Under the pieces are notes generated by a model, which saw only the letters and a program-made list of their open reading frames with translations, did no database searches and was not told the DNA's origin. Below, one piece after another: positions 50,493-60,900 of a stretch of DNA of 64,000 bases. Position numbers and translations under genes: made by a program. The stretch lies in NCBI GenBank assembly GCA_031409335.1, contig JANNWY010000095.1, positions 26,994 through 90,993 on the forward strand. The letters are read 5' to 3'. Position 1 is the stretch's first letter. Each line of letters begins with the position of its first letter. Origin of the DNA: Chthoniobacteraceae bacterium. Lineage in GTDB: Bacteria > Verrucomicrobiota > Verrucomicrobiia > Chthoniobacterales > Chthoniobacteraceae.

Positions 50493-51989
50493 ATGCCTAG
50501 ACACCCATGCGATCTCATCGTTGCGTTACTGATGAGCATTTACGTTTTGTTTGCTGTTGAGGAAGCACTCGGCAACCAGGCAAATGCCGCCAACCCTTCC
50601 AAGCCGAATATCATCGTCATCCTGGCCGATGATGTAGGCTGGGGCGATCTCGGGTGCTACGGCGCGACCCAGATCAAGACGCCGAACCTCGATGGGCTCG
50701 CGCGCGAGGGGATGCGCTTTACCGATGCACACGCCTCGGCGTCCGTCTGCACGCCGACGCGGTATTCGATGCTCACGGGGCAATACTCTTGGCGGCGCGA
50801 TGCGCCAGGGCTGAACAAGGGTGTCTCGAATGGCGATTCGCCGCTGCTCATTCCCGTCGGGTCGAGCACGCTGCCGGGCTTGCTCAAAGGTGCGGGCTAT
50901 TGCACTGGGGCGGTGGGTAAGTGGCATCTTGGATTTGGGAACACTGCGCCGGACTACAACCAGGAACTTTCGCCCGGCCCGCTGGAAATTGGGTTCGATG
51001 AATTCTTCGGCTATCCCGCGACCAATGATCGCGTTCCCACTGTCTATGTGAGAGACCATCGCGTGGTCGGGCTCGACCCTGCCGATCCCATCACGATTTC
51101 CTACAAACAGCCGACCGATCCTGCATTGAGCCGCATGGCTGCGGGCCGTCAGCGCATTGGCTGGATGAGCGGTGGCAAGGGCGCGTTTTGGAAGGACACT
51201 CAAATGGCGGACACACTGACTGGCGAGGCGGTGGCCTTTATCGCGCGCGGGAAAGCCCAGCCGTTCTTCCTCTACTTCGCCCCGCACAATTGCCATGCGC
51301 CGGTGGTTCCCGGTCCGCGTTTCGCGGGTGGCAGCGGGCTAAGTGCGCGTGCGGATGCGATTCAGGAACTCGACTGGTCCGTCGGCGAAATCCTCAAGAC
51401 GCTCGACCGGCTCGATCTCGCCAAAAATACACTTGTCGTCTTTTCCAGCGACAACGGGGCCTACGTGACCGACGAGAAAGGCCATCGCCCGAATGGTCCA
51501 TATCGCGGCGAAAAATCGCAGCTCTGGGAAGGGGGACACCGTGAACCGTTCCTCGCGCGCTGGCCCGGCCGCATCAAACCCGGCGTCTCCGATGCACTCA
51601 TCTGCCTCGTCGATCTGCCCGCAACCGCCGCTGCCATCGCTGGTGTGAAATTGGCCGCCGACGCCGCACCCGACAGCTTCAATCTGCTGCCCTTGCTCCT
51701 TGGTGAAAAGAACCCGCACCCGCGCGAAAACCTCATCGTCATGAGTGGCACCGGCGCGCTCGCGGTGCGTCAGGGGCCATGGAAATACATCCCGAATCTC
51801 GCTGCCGCGAACGGTTGGCAGGCTGGTAAGCCGAACGCGTCAGCTTCGCGCACCGGCCCCGGCCTTTACAACGTGATGGATGATCCCGGCGAAACAAAGA
51901 ACATCGTCAATGACCAGCCTGAAACCGCGCAACGGCTGGTGGAAGCGCTCAGGAAAGCGCGAGACGCCAGGCTTACGCGCCCCGACTAA
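50493..51989 (+). CDS. Arylsulfatase-family (S1, Cys-type) sulfatase
   Basis: Own hydrophobic leader; KPNIIVILADDVGWGD, CTPTR (CxPxR), GKWHLG, SSDNG, KSQLWEGGHR. In frame with the upstream frameshifted ORF. Confidence 0.92.
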   Translation: MPRHPCDLIVALLMSIYVLFAVEEALGNQANAANPSKPNIIVILADDVGWGDLGCYGATQIKTPNLDGLAREGMRFTDAHASASVCTPTRYSMLTGQYSWRRDAPGLNKGVSNGDSPLLIPVGSSTLPGLLKGAGYCTGAVGKWHLGFGNTAPDYNQELSPGPLEIGFDEFFGYPATNDRVPTVYVRDHRVVGLDPADPITISYKQPTDPALSRMAAGRQRIGWMSGGKGAFWKDTQMADTLTGEAVAFIARGKAQPFFLYFAPHNCHAPVVPGPRFAGGSGLSARADAIQELDWSVGEILKTLDRLDLAKNTLVVFSSDNGAYVTDEKGHRPNGPYRGEKSQLWEGGHREPFLARWPGRIKPGVSDALICLVDLPATAAAIAGVKLAADAAPDSFNLLPLLLGEKNPHPRENLIVMSGTGALAVRQGPWKYIPNLAAANGWQAGKPNASASRTGPGLYNVMDDPGETKNIVNDQPETAQRLVEALRKARDARLTRPD

Positions 51990-52076
51990 TGCCACTTGGG
52001 ACCGAAATCCATTTCGCAGGGAACGGCCCAGGCAGGCCAGTAAACACCCACGCTGGGATAAGGGCGGGTCTTTGAA

Positions 52077-53147
52077 CTAATGGACCCGGACGGGCGCGAT
52101 GGAGCCGCCGGGGGTGAAGGTGGCGGGCGTGTGGGTGGCGCGCAGGTCGGGCCTGCCGCGGCTGACGTTGGACGCCCATTTCACGATCCGGCGGCGGAGC
52201 GGGCCGGTGTCCCAGGTGATGCAGGCGATGGGCGGTTCGCAGCAGGCGAAGGCGGGATCGCCATCGGTGCAGACGAGTGAGACGGCAGCGGGCACGCGGA
52301 TGCCGCGGCGGGCGAGGAATTGGAGGGCGGCGACGAAGTACGGGGCTTCATCCACGAGGAGGGCTGTGGGCGGAGTGATGCGAAAAAGGGCCGCGAGGCA
52401 TCGCTGAAATCCGGCGTTGGTTTCCTCCCAGTCGGGCAGGTTGTAGTCTCCGGGGCGGATGCCGCCGGCCTTCAGTTCGTCCAGAAACGCGGCGACGCTG
52501 AGGCTGGGCACACCGAGTCGCCGGGCGCGGCGGCAGAGCAGCACGATGCGCTGGTGCCCGAGTTCGATGAGTTTCCGGGTCGCGGCGGCGCAGGCGGGAG
52601 CCTTGTCCGGGCCAAAGCTCGCGATGGGCAGCCCCTCGCGCTGGCCGAAGATGGCGAAGGCGGGCTCCGGCCGCGCGGCGAACCACTGGAGCACCTCCCG
52701 GGAACCGGCCAGCACCACCCAGGCGTCGGCCCGGGTGCCTTCGACGGTGCGGGCGATTTTTACCAGGTCAAAGCGCAGTTCCGTCTGGGAACGGGGAGTG
52801 TAGAAAACGGCGTGGCCGGCCTCGATCAGCGAGTGATGCAGGTCCACCACGTAGTCCACTTTGCGGTCGACCTCGAGATCGAAGGGGAGGATGGCAATGC
52901 GCAGGGCGCGGGCGGAAGTGCCGCCTTTCGGATTGATGCGCCGCCTGCGCCCGGCGCCCTGGGGCACGAGCAGGCCGTCCGCCTCGAGCTGCCGCAGCGC
53001 GGCCTCCACCGTCTTGCTGTTCAGGCTGAGCTCGGCGGCCAATTGGTGTCTGCCGGGCAGCGTGCCGGTCCATCGGCCTCGGAGAATCTCGGCGCGCAGA
53101 TGCTCGGCAACTTGGTCTGTGATCGAGAGAAAGGGAGCGTAGGACAC
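52077..53147 (-). CDS. Transcriptional regulator: GntR-type wHTH plus LacI-type ligand-binding domain
   Basis: DQVAEHLRAEILRGRW..LPG..LAAEL..TVEAALRQLEADGLL; LIELGHQRI..PPTAL..GIRVPAAVSLVC. Likely GTG start at 53147. Confidence 0.85.
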   Translation of the reverse strand: MSYAPFLSITDQVAEHLRAEILRGRWTGTLPGRHQLAAELSLNSKTVEAALRQLEADGLLVPQGAGRRRRINPKGGTSARALRIAILPFDLEVDRKVDYVVDLHHSLIEAGHAVFYTPRSQTELRFDLVKIARTVEGTRADAWVVLAGSREVLQWFAARPEPAFAIFGQREGLPIASFGPDKAPACAAATRKLIELGHQRIVLLCRRARRLGVPSLSVAAFLDELKAGGIRPGDYNLPDWEETNAGFQRCLAALFRITPPTALLVDEAPYFVAALQFLARRGIRVPAAVSLVCTDGDPAFACCEPPIACITWDTGPLRRRIVKWASNVSRGRPDLRATHTPATFTPGGSIAPVRVH

Positions 53148-53271
53148 GGGCGCAAGCTGCCCTAAATCTGGGCAACCAGCAAAACCGCAAATCTTCGCCG
53201 CCCGGCGGCAGCACGCGTAGAGGTTGTAAAATCCGCCGCATCCTTCCGTTTGCGCGGACATCACCGCAGCC

Positions 53272-56200
53272 ATGAAAATTCATCAAGTCCACTACAACTC
53301 CCTCACCACCGCGACCGCCAGGCTGGACGACCCCGCTCGTCTTGCCAAACCCGCTTGCAATTTTGACCTGAAGCATCCGAAAGCCGCCTCCACCTCATTT
53401 TGCCGCGCGTTTTTCCTGTGGATCTTGCTTTGCGTCGCGCTTGCCCCGGCGTCGGCGGGCACGATGTCCACCAGTTCCTCCGCGCCGGCTGTAGATGCGT
53501 ATGACATTGCGAATTACGGCACGCAGACGAGCAGCGACAAGTTTTGGGCGGAGGGTGGCAACACGGCGGCGGGAGCGGCGAAGGGGCAGACGTTTCGCAC
53601 GGGCAGTGCGTCGTTGTGGCTTCGCTCGATTACTTACCGGGTCACCAGCGGCAATCTCGCCACGCCGACCAAGACCTACGTGGTGCGCGTGGGCAAAGTG
53701 TCCGGCACCACGTTCACGCAGGCACATACGGAGACGTTCACACAGAGCATCACATGGAATAGCCTGCAATACATGACGTGGACTTTCACCACGCCCATCG
53801 TGCTGACTGGCGACACGACTTACGGGATTGATATCGGCATGACGAACAGCACGTCCGCGTGGACGACCGGCATCCCGTATCTCGTGGTCTCAGGGAACGA
53901 ATATCTCGGCGGGCAGATGTATGATTCCGGCACAGCGACGGCGGGCGTGGGCGATGCCGTGGTCGGATACACCGTCGGGAAGGACCGGCTTTTTCACCTC
54001 AATCTCGACATGCCCAGCGGCACGCCGATGGCCTTCATCGCGGGCAATCCGGCGGATGGCACGGGCGGAAATCTCGTGCGCCCGGAAGTCGTCGGCACGT
54101 TCAATCAGGCGCTCACGGCGGGCACGGGCAACATCACCATCCGCGACATCACGGACACGGCGGCCATCACGAGTGTGAGCGTGCCCATCGGCGACCCGCG
54201 CATCACGCTCTCGGGAAATTTGCTGACAATCGCGACGCCCGGTTTGTTTGATTGGGGGAAAAAATACGCCGTCCGCATCGCGAGCGGCGCGTTGCTCGGC
54301 GATGGCGGCACGGCGTTTCCCGGATGGGCGAATGACACGACGTGGAACTTCAACATGGCCACCGCCGACCCGCTGCTCGCGGCCATCGCGGCGCTGAAAC
54401 ATCACCTCAACGGCACGACCATCCTCACCGCCGCGCAAATCGCCACGCACAGCCAGACGCTCAACAACGAGAAAGCGCGCTACGGCGATAATGCGGCAAA
54501 CATCACCGCGCTCTTCGACCTCATCGGGACCTACGACGTGGAAGTCGGCGCGCTGTGGAAGGTCGGCGCGGACCTCGACCGCGACCTCGAAGACGACGAT
54601 TTGCCGTGGACGATTTATCGCACGATGCAGGGCATCATGGACCACGTTTACAACGCGGACGTGCTGGCGCTGCACGAGGCGGTGTTGACTGGATTCAAGT
54701 TTGGCAGCGCGTCGGATTTCCCCGGCAACTGCGCCACGCCGCCCGCCGGGCAGACGCGCACCGTGCCCATCAGCGCGACGTTCACCGACACGTTCGGACG
54801 CGACACCCAAATGTGGGGCGAACCGGCGCGCAAACCCACGGGCACTTATCTGCACCCCGGCGGCATCGCGACCGTCACCGTGCCCGCGGCGCTCGTGGGG
54901 AAAGGGCTCAAAATCCGCGTTGGCGCGCACTCGTGGGACCACTCGAACCGCCCGACGCTCAAGCGCCTCGACCGCTGCACGCTGCTCTACGACATTGACG
55001 CGGCCACGACGAAAATTGCCAGCCCGCTCGGCGGCGGAATTTATATCGAAGTGCCGAAGGGGAAAAACCTCGGCGTTCAGAATGTGACCATCACCGGCGC
55101 GGCGCGGTCCCCGTATTTTTCGGCGAAGAGTTTTCACCAAACGACGCTTACAGAATGGCAGACCATCGAACGCACGCAGCCCGGCCCGTGGGCGGATTTT
55201 CAAAGCGAGAAGTTCATGTTCCAAGTGCCGCGCAGTTGGATTTACGCCTACGCCAACCCCGTGACGCTGATGCAAAACTGGGACAAGGCGATGGACGCCA
55301 TCAACGACCTGATGGGCTTCCCGCAGGCGCGCGGAAAAGAGACGATGTACGACCAGGTGGACGTGCAGCTTCGCGCATCCGTCTATGCGCCCGGCTACCC
55401 CGCGTGCAACGCCAGCTACAACCCCACGACGACCTACAACGGCAACAACACGCACTACCTGCTCACCGGCCCGCAGAACGCGCCGGACTACGAATTCCAC
55501 GAAGCAGGGCACGCTTACTTTTTCCCGAAGTTCGCGGGCGAGCAGGAGTCTGCCATCAACCTGCTCCACGTCGCCGTGCAGACGCAGAAATTCGGCGAGA
55601 CCTTCGACATCGCGCACCGTGAGTCGAACGGGTACACGCGCTCTTTCAACACGCTGCCGAACACGGCAGTGCTGTGGATGACGAGCTTCAACTTTTCGCC
55701 CGAAGAAGACCCGATGGACGATTGGGAAAAATCGTATCAACCGCAGGGCCACGCGAAATTTTCCGACATCGCGCGGAGCTTCGGCTGGAGCGGGCTGAAC
55801 GCGTTCTTCTATTACTACAACGAGAAGGACCAACTCGGGCAGAGCTACTCCACGAGCAACGACAGCATGATGATCCAGCTCTGCAAATCCGTGGGCCGCG
55901 ACCTGCGCCCGATACTGCATTTCTGGGGCATCCACCCGGCCAACGCCACGACGCTCGGCAACTCCATCGCCGCCGCGAAACTCAAGCCGACCGTCGAAAT
56001 CTATGACCGTATCGTGCAATACAAGGCGCTCATCCCCGCCGACAACGCCGCCTTCCGCACATGGTGTACGAGCTGGTGGGGCGTCGCGCCGAGCATCAGC
56101 GGCTACGGCGTCGAGCGCGAACACGCGCGCCAGTGGAGCACGACTTTGCAAAACGGCACCGCCCCGCAGGCGCGTTTCCCCAACGAGGAATACAACGCCG

Positions 56201-56652
56201 TGTCCGCCGCCGACATCCACGGCCGCGTTCAGGAACTGCTCGACCTTTACTATCCCACCGGCCGACCCACCGACTACGCCGCATGGGATGCCAACTTCCC
56301 CGGCGTCAATCTGACCAACCCGAACGCGGACTTGGATGGCGATGGCATGAGTAACGATGATGAGCGCATCTGGGGCCTGGATCCCACCAGTCCCGCTTCA
56401 TTCAATCCGGTGACAGCCATCGCCACCATTAGGTCCACTGGCAACTTCACCTACACGCGGCGCACTTCCACGCTCAGCGGCCTGACTTACACCGTGTGGA
56501 CATCGCCCGACCTCACCACCTGGACGCAAGACACGGGCGCGACGCAAACGGTCGCCTCGACCGAGGCAAACGTCCAAACGGTGACGGCCAGGATCAGCGC
56601 TGCCCTGCGCACCCTGCCAAAGCTCTTTGTCCGCGTGCAGGCCGCGCCTTAA
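53272..56652 (+). CDS. Secreted M60-like (enhancin/O-glycoprotease family) zinc metallopeptidase with an Ig-like domain
   Basis: PTGTYLHPG..IRVGAH..SPLGGGIYI..PYF..PWADF (M60 N-domain); HEAGH at 55498-55512 followed by E in QESAINL; C-terminal DLDGDG module. Confidence 0.87.
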   Translation: MKIHQVHYNSLTTATARLDDPARLAKPACNFDLKHPKAASTSFCRAFFLWILLCVALAPASAGTMSTSSSAPAVDAYDIANYGTQTSSDKFWAEGGNTAAGAAKGQTFRTGSASLWLRSITYRVTSGNLATPTKTYVVRVGKVSGTTFTQAHTETFTQSITWNSLQYMTWTFTTPIVLTGDTTYGIDIGMTNSTSAWTTGIPYLVVSGNEYLGGQMYDSGTATAGVGDAVVGYTVGKDRLFHLNLDMPSGTPMAFIAGNPADGTGGNLVRPEVVGTFNQALTAGTGNITIRDITDTAAITSVSVPIGDPRITLSGNLLTIATPGLFDWGKKYAVRIASGALLGDGGTAFPGWANDTTWNFNMATADPLLAAIAALKHHLNGTTILTAAQIATHSQTLNNEKARYGDNAANITALFDLIGTYDVEVGALWKVGADLDRDLEDDDLPWTIYRTMQGIMDHVYNADVLALHEAVLTGFKFGSASDFPGNCATPPAGQTRTVPISATFTDTFGRDTQMWGEPARKPTGTYLHPGGIATVTVPAALVGKGLKIRVGAHSWDHSNRPTLKRLDRCTLLYDIDAATTKIASPLGGGIYIEVPKGKNLGVQNVTITGAARSPYFSAKSFHQTTLTEWQTIERTQPGPWADFQSEKFMFQVPRSWIYAYANPVTLMQNWDKAMDAINDLMGFPQARGKETMYDQVDVQLRASVYAPGYPACNASYNPTTTYNGNNTHYLLTGPQNAPDYEFHEAGHAYFFPKFAGEQESAINLLHVAVQTQKFGETFDIAHRESNGYTRSFNTLPNTAVLWMTSFNFSPEEDPMDDWEKSYQPQGHAKFSDIARSFGWSGLNAFFYYYNEKDQLGQSYSTSNDSMMIQLCKSVGRDLRPILHFWGIHPANATTLGNSIAAAKLKPTVEIYDRIVQYKALIPADNAAFRTWCTSWWGVAPSISGYGVEREHARQWSTTLQNGTAPQARFPNEEYNAVSAADIHGRVQELLDLYYPTGRPTDYAAWDANFPGVNLTNPNADLDGDGMSNDDERIWGLDPTSPASFNPVTAIATIRSTGNFTYTRRTSTLSGLTYTVWTSPDLTTWTQDTGATQTVASTEANVQTVTARISAALRTLPKLFVRVQAAP

Positions 56653-56683
56653 GAAAGTCCCACAACCCTAATTCACTCAGCAA

Positions 56684-57967
56684 ATGCCACCGCGATGCAG
56701 CAAACTCCCGTTAGCCCTCCTCGTGGGATTCCTCATGGGTAGCTCCACCTTATCAGCCGACGATCAAGCCGAGCTTGAAACGCTTCGCACCCGGGCCGCT
56801 GGCGGTGATGGCAAAGCTCAGTTCGCTCTGGCCTTGCGCTATCGAGACGGAAAGGGAGTGTCCAAAGACGACGCCGAAGCGATGAAGTGGGCGCATCGCG
56901 CGGCGGATGCGGGCAACGCGGAGGCGATGGATTTCGTCGGCTTCGCTTACCTGCGCGGATCCGTGGTGGAGCGCGGTCCCGAGATCGCCTTTGGTTATTT
57001 CAAAGCAGCGGCGGAGAAGTCGGCGGCAGCAGCATTCAATCTCGGTCAGTGTTACTTCGGTGCGCAAGGCACGGAGCAGGACATCCCAAAGGCGCTCGAC
57101 TGGTGGAAGAAGGCGGCAGCGAAGGGGCATGGGCGCGCGGCTTCGACGGCAGCGATGGCTTATCTTTCCGGTGAAGGCACGGCGCCCGATCCAGTTCAAG
57201 CGCGACGGCTGGCCGAGCGCGCGGCGGAGTTGAACGACCCATCGGGCCTCGTGGTGCTGGGGGAAATGCAGTTTCAAGCCGGTGAACTGGACGCAGCCAA
57301 ATCGAACTGGACGAAGGCCTCGCAGCTCCGACCCACCGGCCCGACCGGGCACCCGGCCCAGCCGTCCGCCAGCGCCTCCGCGCAGCAGGGTGCCGACCTT
57401 TTGAAGCTCATCGAACACCGGCAGCGCAAAGGCGAGCTGGGCAAGTTTGCCTTCGTGCAAATGCCGCACATCAATCAGGGCTATAACAACTGCGGCTCCA
57501 CCGCCTGCGCCACGTTCGCCCGCTTTCAGGGCGGCACGCTGGGCGGCTGGGATTTTAAGAAACTCTGCCCATCGCCCCTCGGCACTGGCACCGACTGGGG
57601 CCACCTCCTCGATGCTGCGAAAAAGATCGGCCAGCAGTGGAAGCTCATCACCTTCACGCCAGACGATGAAGGTTTCGACAAAGCAACCGCCTTTCTAAAA
57701 AGCGAACTCGATGCCGGACGGCCCGTGGTCGTGGATTTCAAATACATCGGCCCGGAATACCCAGGCGGCAACGCCGGCCACACGCTGAGCGTCTGCGGCT
57801 ACCTCGCGGACGAGAACCTCTACATCCTCTGCAATCCCGCCGTCGCCACGCCCGGCCTCCAACTCATTACCGCCGCCGACCTCAAGAACTTCTGGCGCTC
57901 CGACCACTACGGCGCGCTTTCCAAAGGCGTGCTCTCCCGCCCCGCCTTCGTCATCGAAAAACTCTAA
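56684..57967 (+). CDS. Sel1-like repeat protein with a C-terminal C39-like (papain-fold) peptidase domain
   Basis: AQFALALRYRDGKGV, AAFNLGQCYFGAQG Sel1 repeats; QGYNNCG, LDAGRPVVV, GHTLSVCGY, LCNP. Confidence 0.83.
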   Translation: MPPRCSKLPLALLVGFLMGSSTLSADDQAELETLRTRAAGGDGKAQFALALRYRDGKGVSKDDAEAMKWAHRAADAGNAEAMDFVGFAYLRGSVVERGPEIAFGYFKAAAEKSAAAAFNLGQCYFGAQGTEQDIPKALDWWKKAAAKGHGRAASTAAMAYLSGEGTAPDPVQARRLAERAAELNDPSGLVVLGEMQFQAGELDAAKSNWTKASQLRPTGPTGHPAQPSASASAQQGADLLKLIEHRQRKGELGKFAFVQMPHINQGYNNCGSTACATFARFQGGTLGGWDFKKLCPSPLGTGTDWGHLLDAAKKIGQQWKLITFTPDDEGFDKATAFLKSELDAGRPVVVDFKYIGPEYPGGNAGHTLSVCGYLADENLYILCNPAVATPGLQLITAADLKNFWRSDHYGALSKGVLSRPAFVIEKL

Positions 57968-57980
57968 GCTTCCTCACGCC

Positions 57981-60900
57981 ATGAACCCATCCATCCACTC
58001 ACTTTCCATTCGTCACTTTCTGGCTGCTGCCGCGCTGGTCCTGCCTGCCCTTAGTCCGGTCAATGCAGCCACGTTTAGCAGCAGCGCCAGCCCGCCGGCG
58101 GTGGACTCCACCGATGTTGCCAATTTCGCGGCGCAGACCGGCTCGGATAAGTGGTTTTTCCAGGCAGTAAACGAAGCAAATCCTTCCGATGCGGCGAAGG
58201 GAGTGACGTTCACGACCGGCACTGCGCCGGTAATGTTCAGGGCGATCACTTACAAAGTCAGCGCGGGGAATTTGAAGGGCGCGACGGCGGCGAATCCGAC
58301 GACGTGGACCATTCGGCTGGGGACGCTGTCCGGATCGAACTTCACGCAGCTCGCCACCGAAACAGCGCAGCAGACGGCGAATACGGGCACGGGATATTAC
58401 ATCACTTGGACTCTCACGACGCCCATCGCGCTCTCGACGAACACGACTTACGCGGTGGATATCGGGATGCTCTCGCGCACCGCATGGCCGACGGGCATCC
58501 CGTATCTCTCCTACTCGGGCAATGTGACGACGACGGGTGTGGGCACTTATTATGACTCCGGAGACCTCGGCGCGGGTGCGGCGACGGTGACGACGACGGC
58601 GGCGCGGGATAGGGTTTTCCATGTGGACCTTCAGGATCCGGTGAATCCCATGCCGCCAGACGGGGCGACGGTTGCGGGTGGCAGCATCGTTTTGAGCTGG
58701 GGCAATAAGGCTCCGACCACCGGCACGGATGTGTGGGTGGACATTTGGTTCGGCACCAATCCCGCCGCGCTAACGAAAGTCGTCAACGCGGGACTCAACA
58801 CGACCACCACCACTGTCAGCGCGCCGGTGGCTGCCACTTACTACTGGCGCATTGATTCCTACCTCAATGGCGCGCCGACCGGGACGCCGGTCGCCGGCAC
58901 GCAATTCCGCTTCTTCGTCACCGACACGGACAGCGACGGGCTGCCGGATACGTTTGAATTGGCCCACACCACCCCGCCCTCGAACATCGCGCTCAACCCC
59001 GGCGACGACCTCGACACCGATGGCCTGACCAACTTGCAGGAATTCCAGCGCGGCACGCTGCCTCGCGACGCAGATACCGACAACGACACCCTCAACGACG
59101 GCCCCGAACTCACCGGCGTCGGCTTGCGGCCCGCGACCAATCCGCTCGTCGCCGATACCGATGCCGATGGCTTCAGCGACGGTGTGGAAAGCAACACCGG
59201 CATCTGGGCTGGTACTTCCAACACCGGCACCAACCCTACCAACTCCGACACCGACCGCGACGGCCTCAAAGACGGCGTGGAAAACAACAGCGGCATCTTC
59301 GTCAGCGCGACCAATCCCGGCACCAGCCCGCTCAACGTCAACACCGACGGCGACAATGCGGGGGACTGGTATGAAGTCACCGCCGCGTTCACCAATCCGG
59401 TCAGCGCCGCGAGCCAGCCAAACATCCCCTATCCACTGCCCGACCCGGACGCCTCGACCGGCGTGACCAACAAGCGGGTGAAAGTTTATATCATGTCCGG
59501 TCAGTCGAACATGGTCGGCTTTGGCCGTGTGAGCGGCAACGGGACAGGCACGCTCAATACCATCGTGAACACCGAAAAGAAATTCCCCCATCTCGTGAAC
59601 GGTGCGGGCGCGTGGAACTCGCGCAACGACGTGCGCTATCGCGGCGTCATCTCTGCCATCGGCAACGACGTACTCCAGCCGGAGTTCGGCGCGAACACCG
59701 ACTCCTTTGGCCCCGAGCTGGGCTTTGGCCACGTCATGGGCTGGCATCACGACGAGCCCGTGCTGCTCATCAAAACCTCCATCGGAAATCGCAGCCTGCT
59801 CTGGGACATCGCGCCGCCCGACAGCGCGCGCTTTAACTACAACGGCAACACCTACGCAGGCTTTGGCGACTCGCCCAACTCATGGACCATCGGCGGCAGC
59901 CCGTCGCCTTTCAGTTGGTACGCAGGGAAAGAATACGACTCGTTTTTTCTCCATGAGTCCGACATGCGCCCTGGCCAGACGTGGACGAGCGGTACCGCCT
60001 ACCCGAACGGCTGCTTTCTCCGGCACAACAGCACGATGTACGTTAGCAAATCCGCGCACACTTCCGCCGCCACATCGCAGCCCGGCGTCGGCGCGACGTG
60101 GTCAACATTCTGGAGCGTCTATTCCGTCACCAACGTCGTGGATGTGCTCGACAACTTCGCCACACAATATCCGCAGTGGGCCGCGCAGGGATTTGAAATT
60201 GCAGGCTTCGTCTGGTGGCAGGGCTTCAACGACCAGTCGGAACCCGCCGCCAGCCGCTACGAGGCAAGGCTGACCAGCCTCATCACTCATCTCCGCACCT
60301 ACTACGGCACCCGCTATCCGGGAAAAATCAGCCCCACCGCGCCCTTCGTGCTCGGCACCATCGCCTTTGGCGGCTGGAGCCTCTCCGGTGCCGGCCTCAC
60401 TGTCGCCAACGCGCAACTCGCCGTCGGCAATCCCACGCTGCATCCCGAATTCGCCGGCAACGTGAAAACCATGGAAGCCCGCGGCTACTGGCGCAGCACC
60501 GGCCCCGACGCCAGCCAAGGCCACCACTACAATCACAACGCCGAGACCTACTACCTTCTTGGGGATTCCCTCGGTCGTGGCATGGTCGAGATGCTGACCA
60601 GCACACCCACCTCCGGCAGTTTTGCCGCATGGCAAACCGCCACTGGCACCGCTGGTGCGCCCGCCCTCGACCACGACGGCGACGGCGTGAAAAACGGCAT
60701 CGAATGGTTCCTCGGCGGCGACGCGAACACCACCGGCTTCACCGCGCTGCCCGCTGTTGTGAGCAGCGGCGGCAACGTTAGTGTTACATGGACAAAAGCG
60801 GCGAGCTTCACTGGCACCTACGGCACCCGCTTCGTGGTCGAAACCGCGGACACGCTCACCGGCCCATGGGTGATCGAAACTCTCGGAATCAATGTAGCCA

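Noticed and set aside
46758..51989. Single genuine 1743-aa GH128-sulfatase protein
   Set aside because: The junction reads as out-of-frame sequence, the proper C-terminus lies in another frame, and the sulfatase has its own leader. Treated as two genes with a frameshift.
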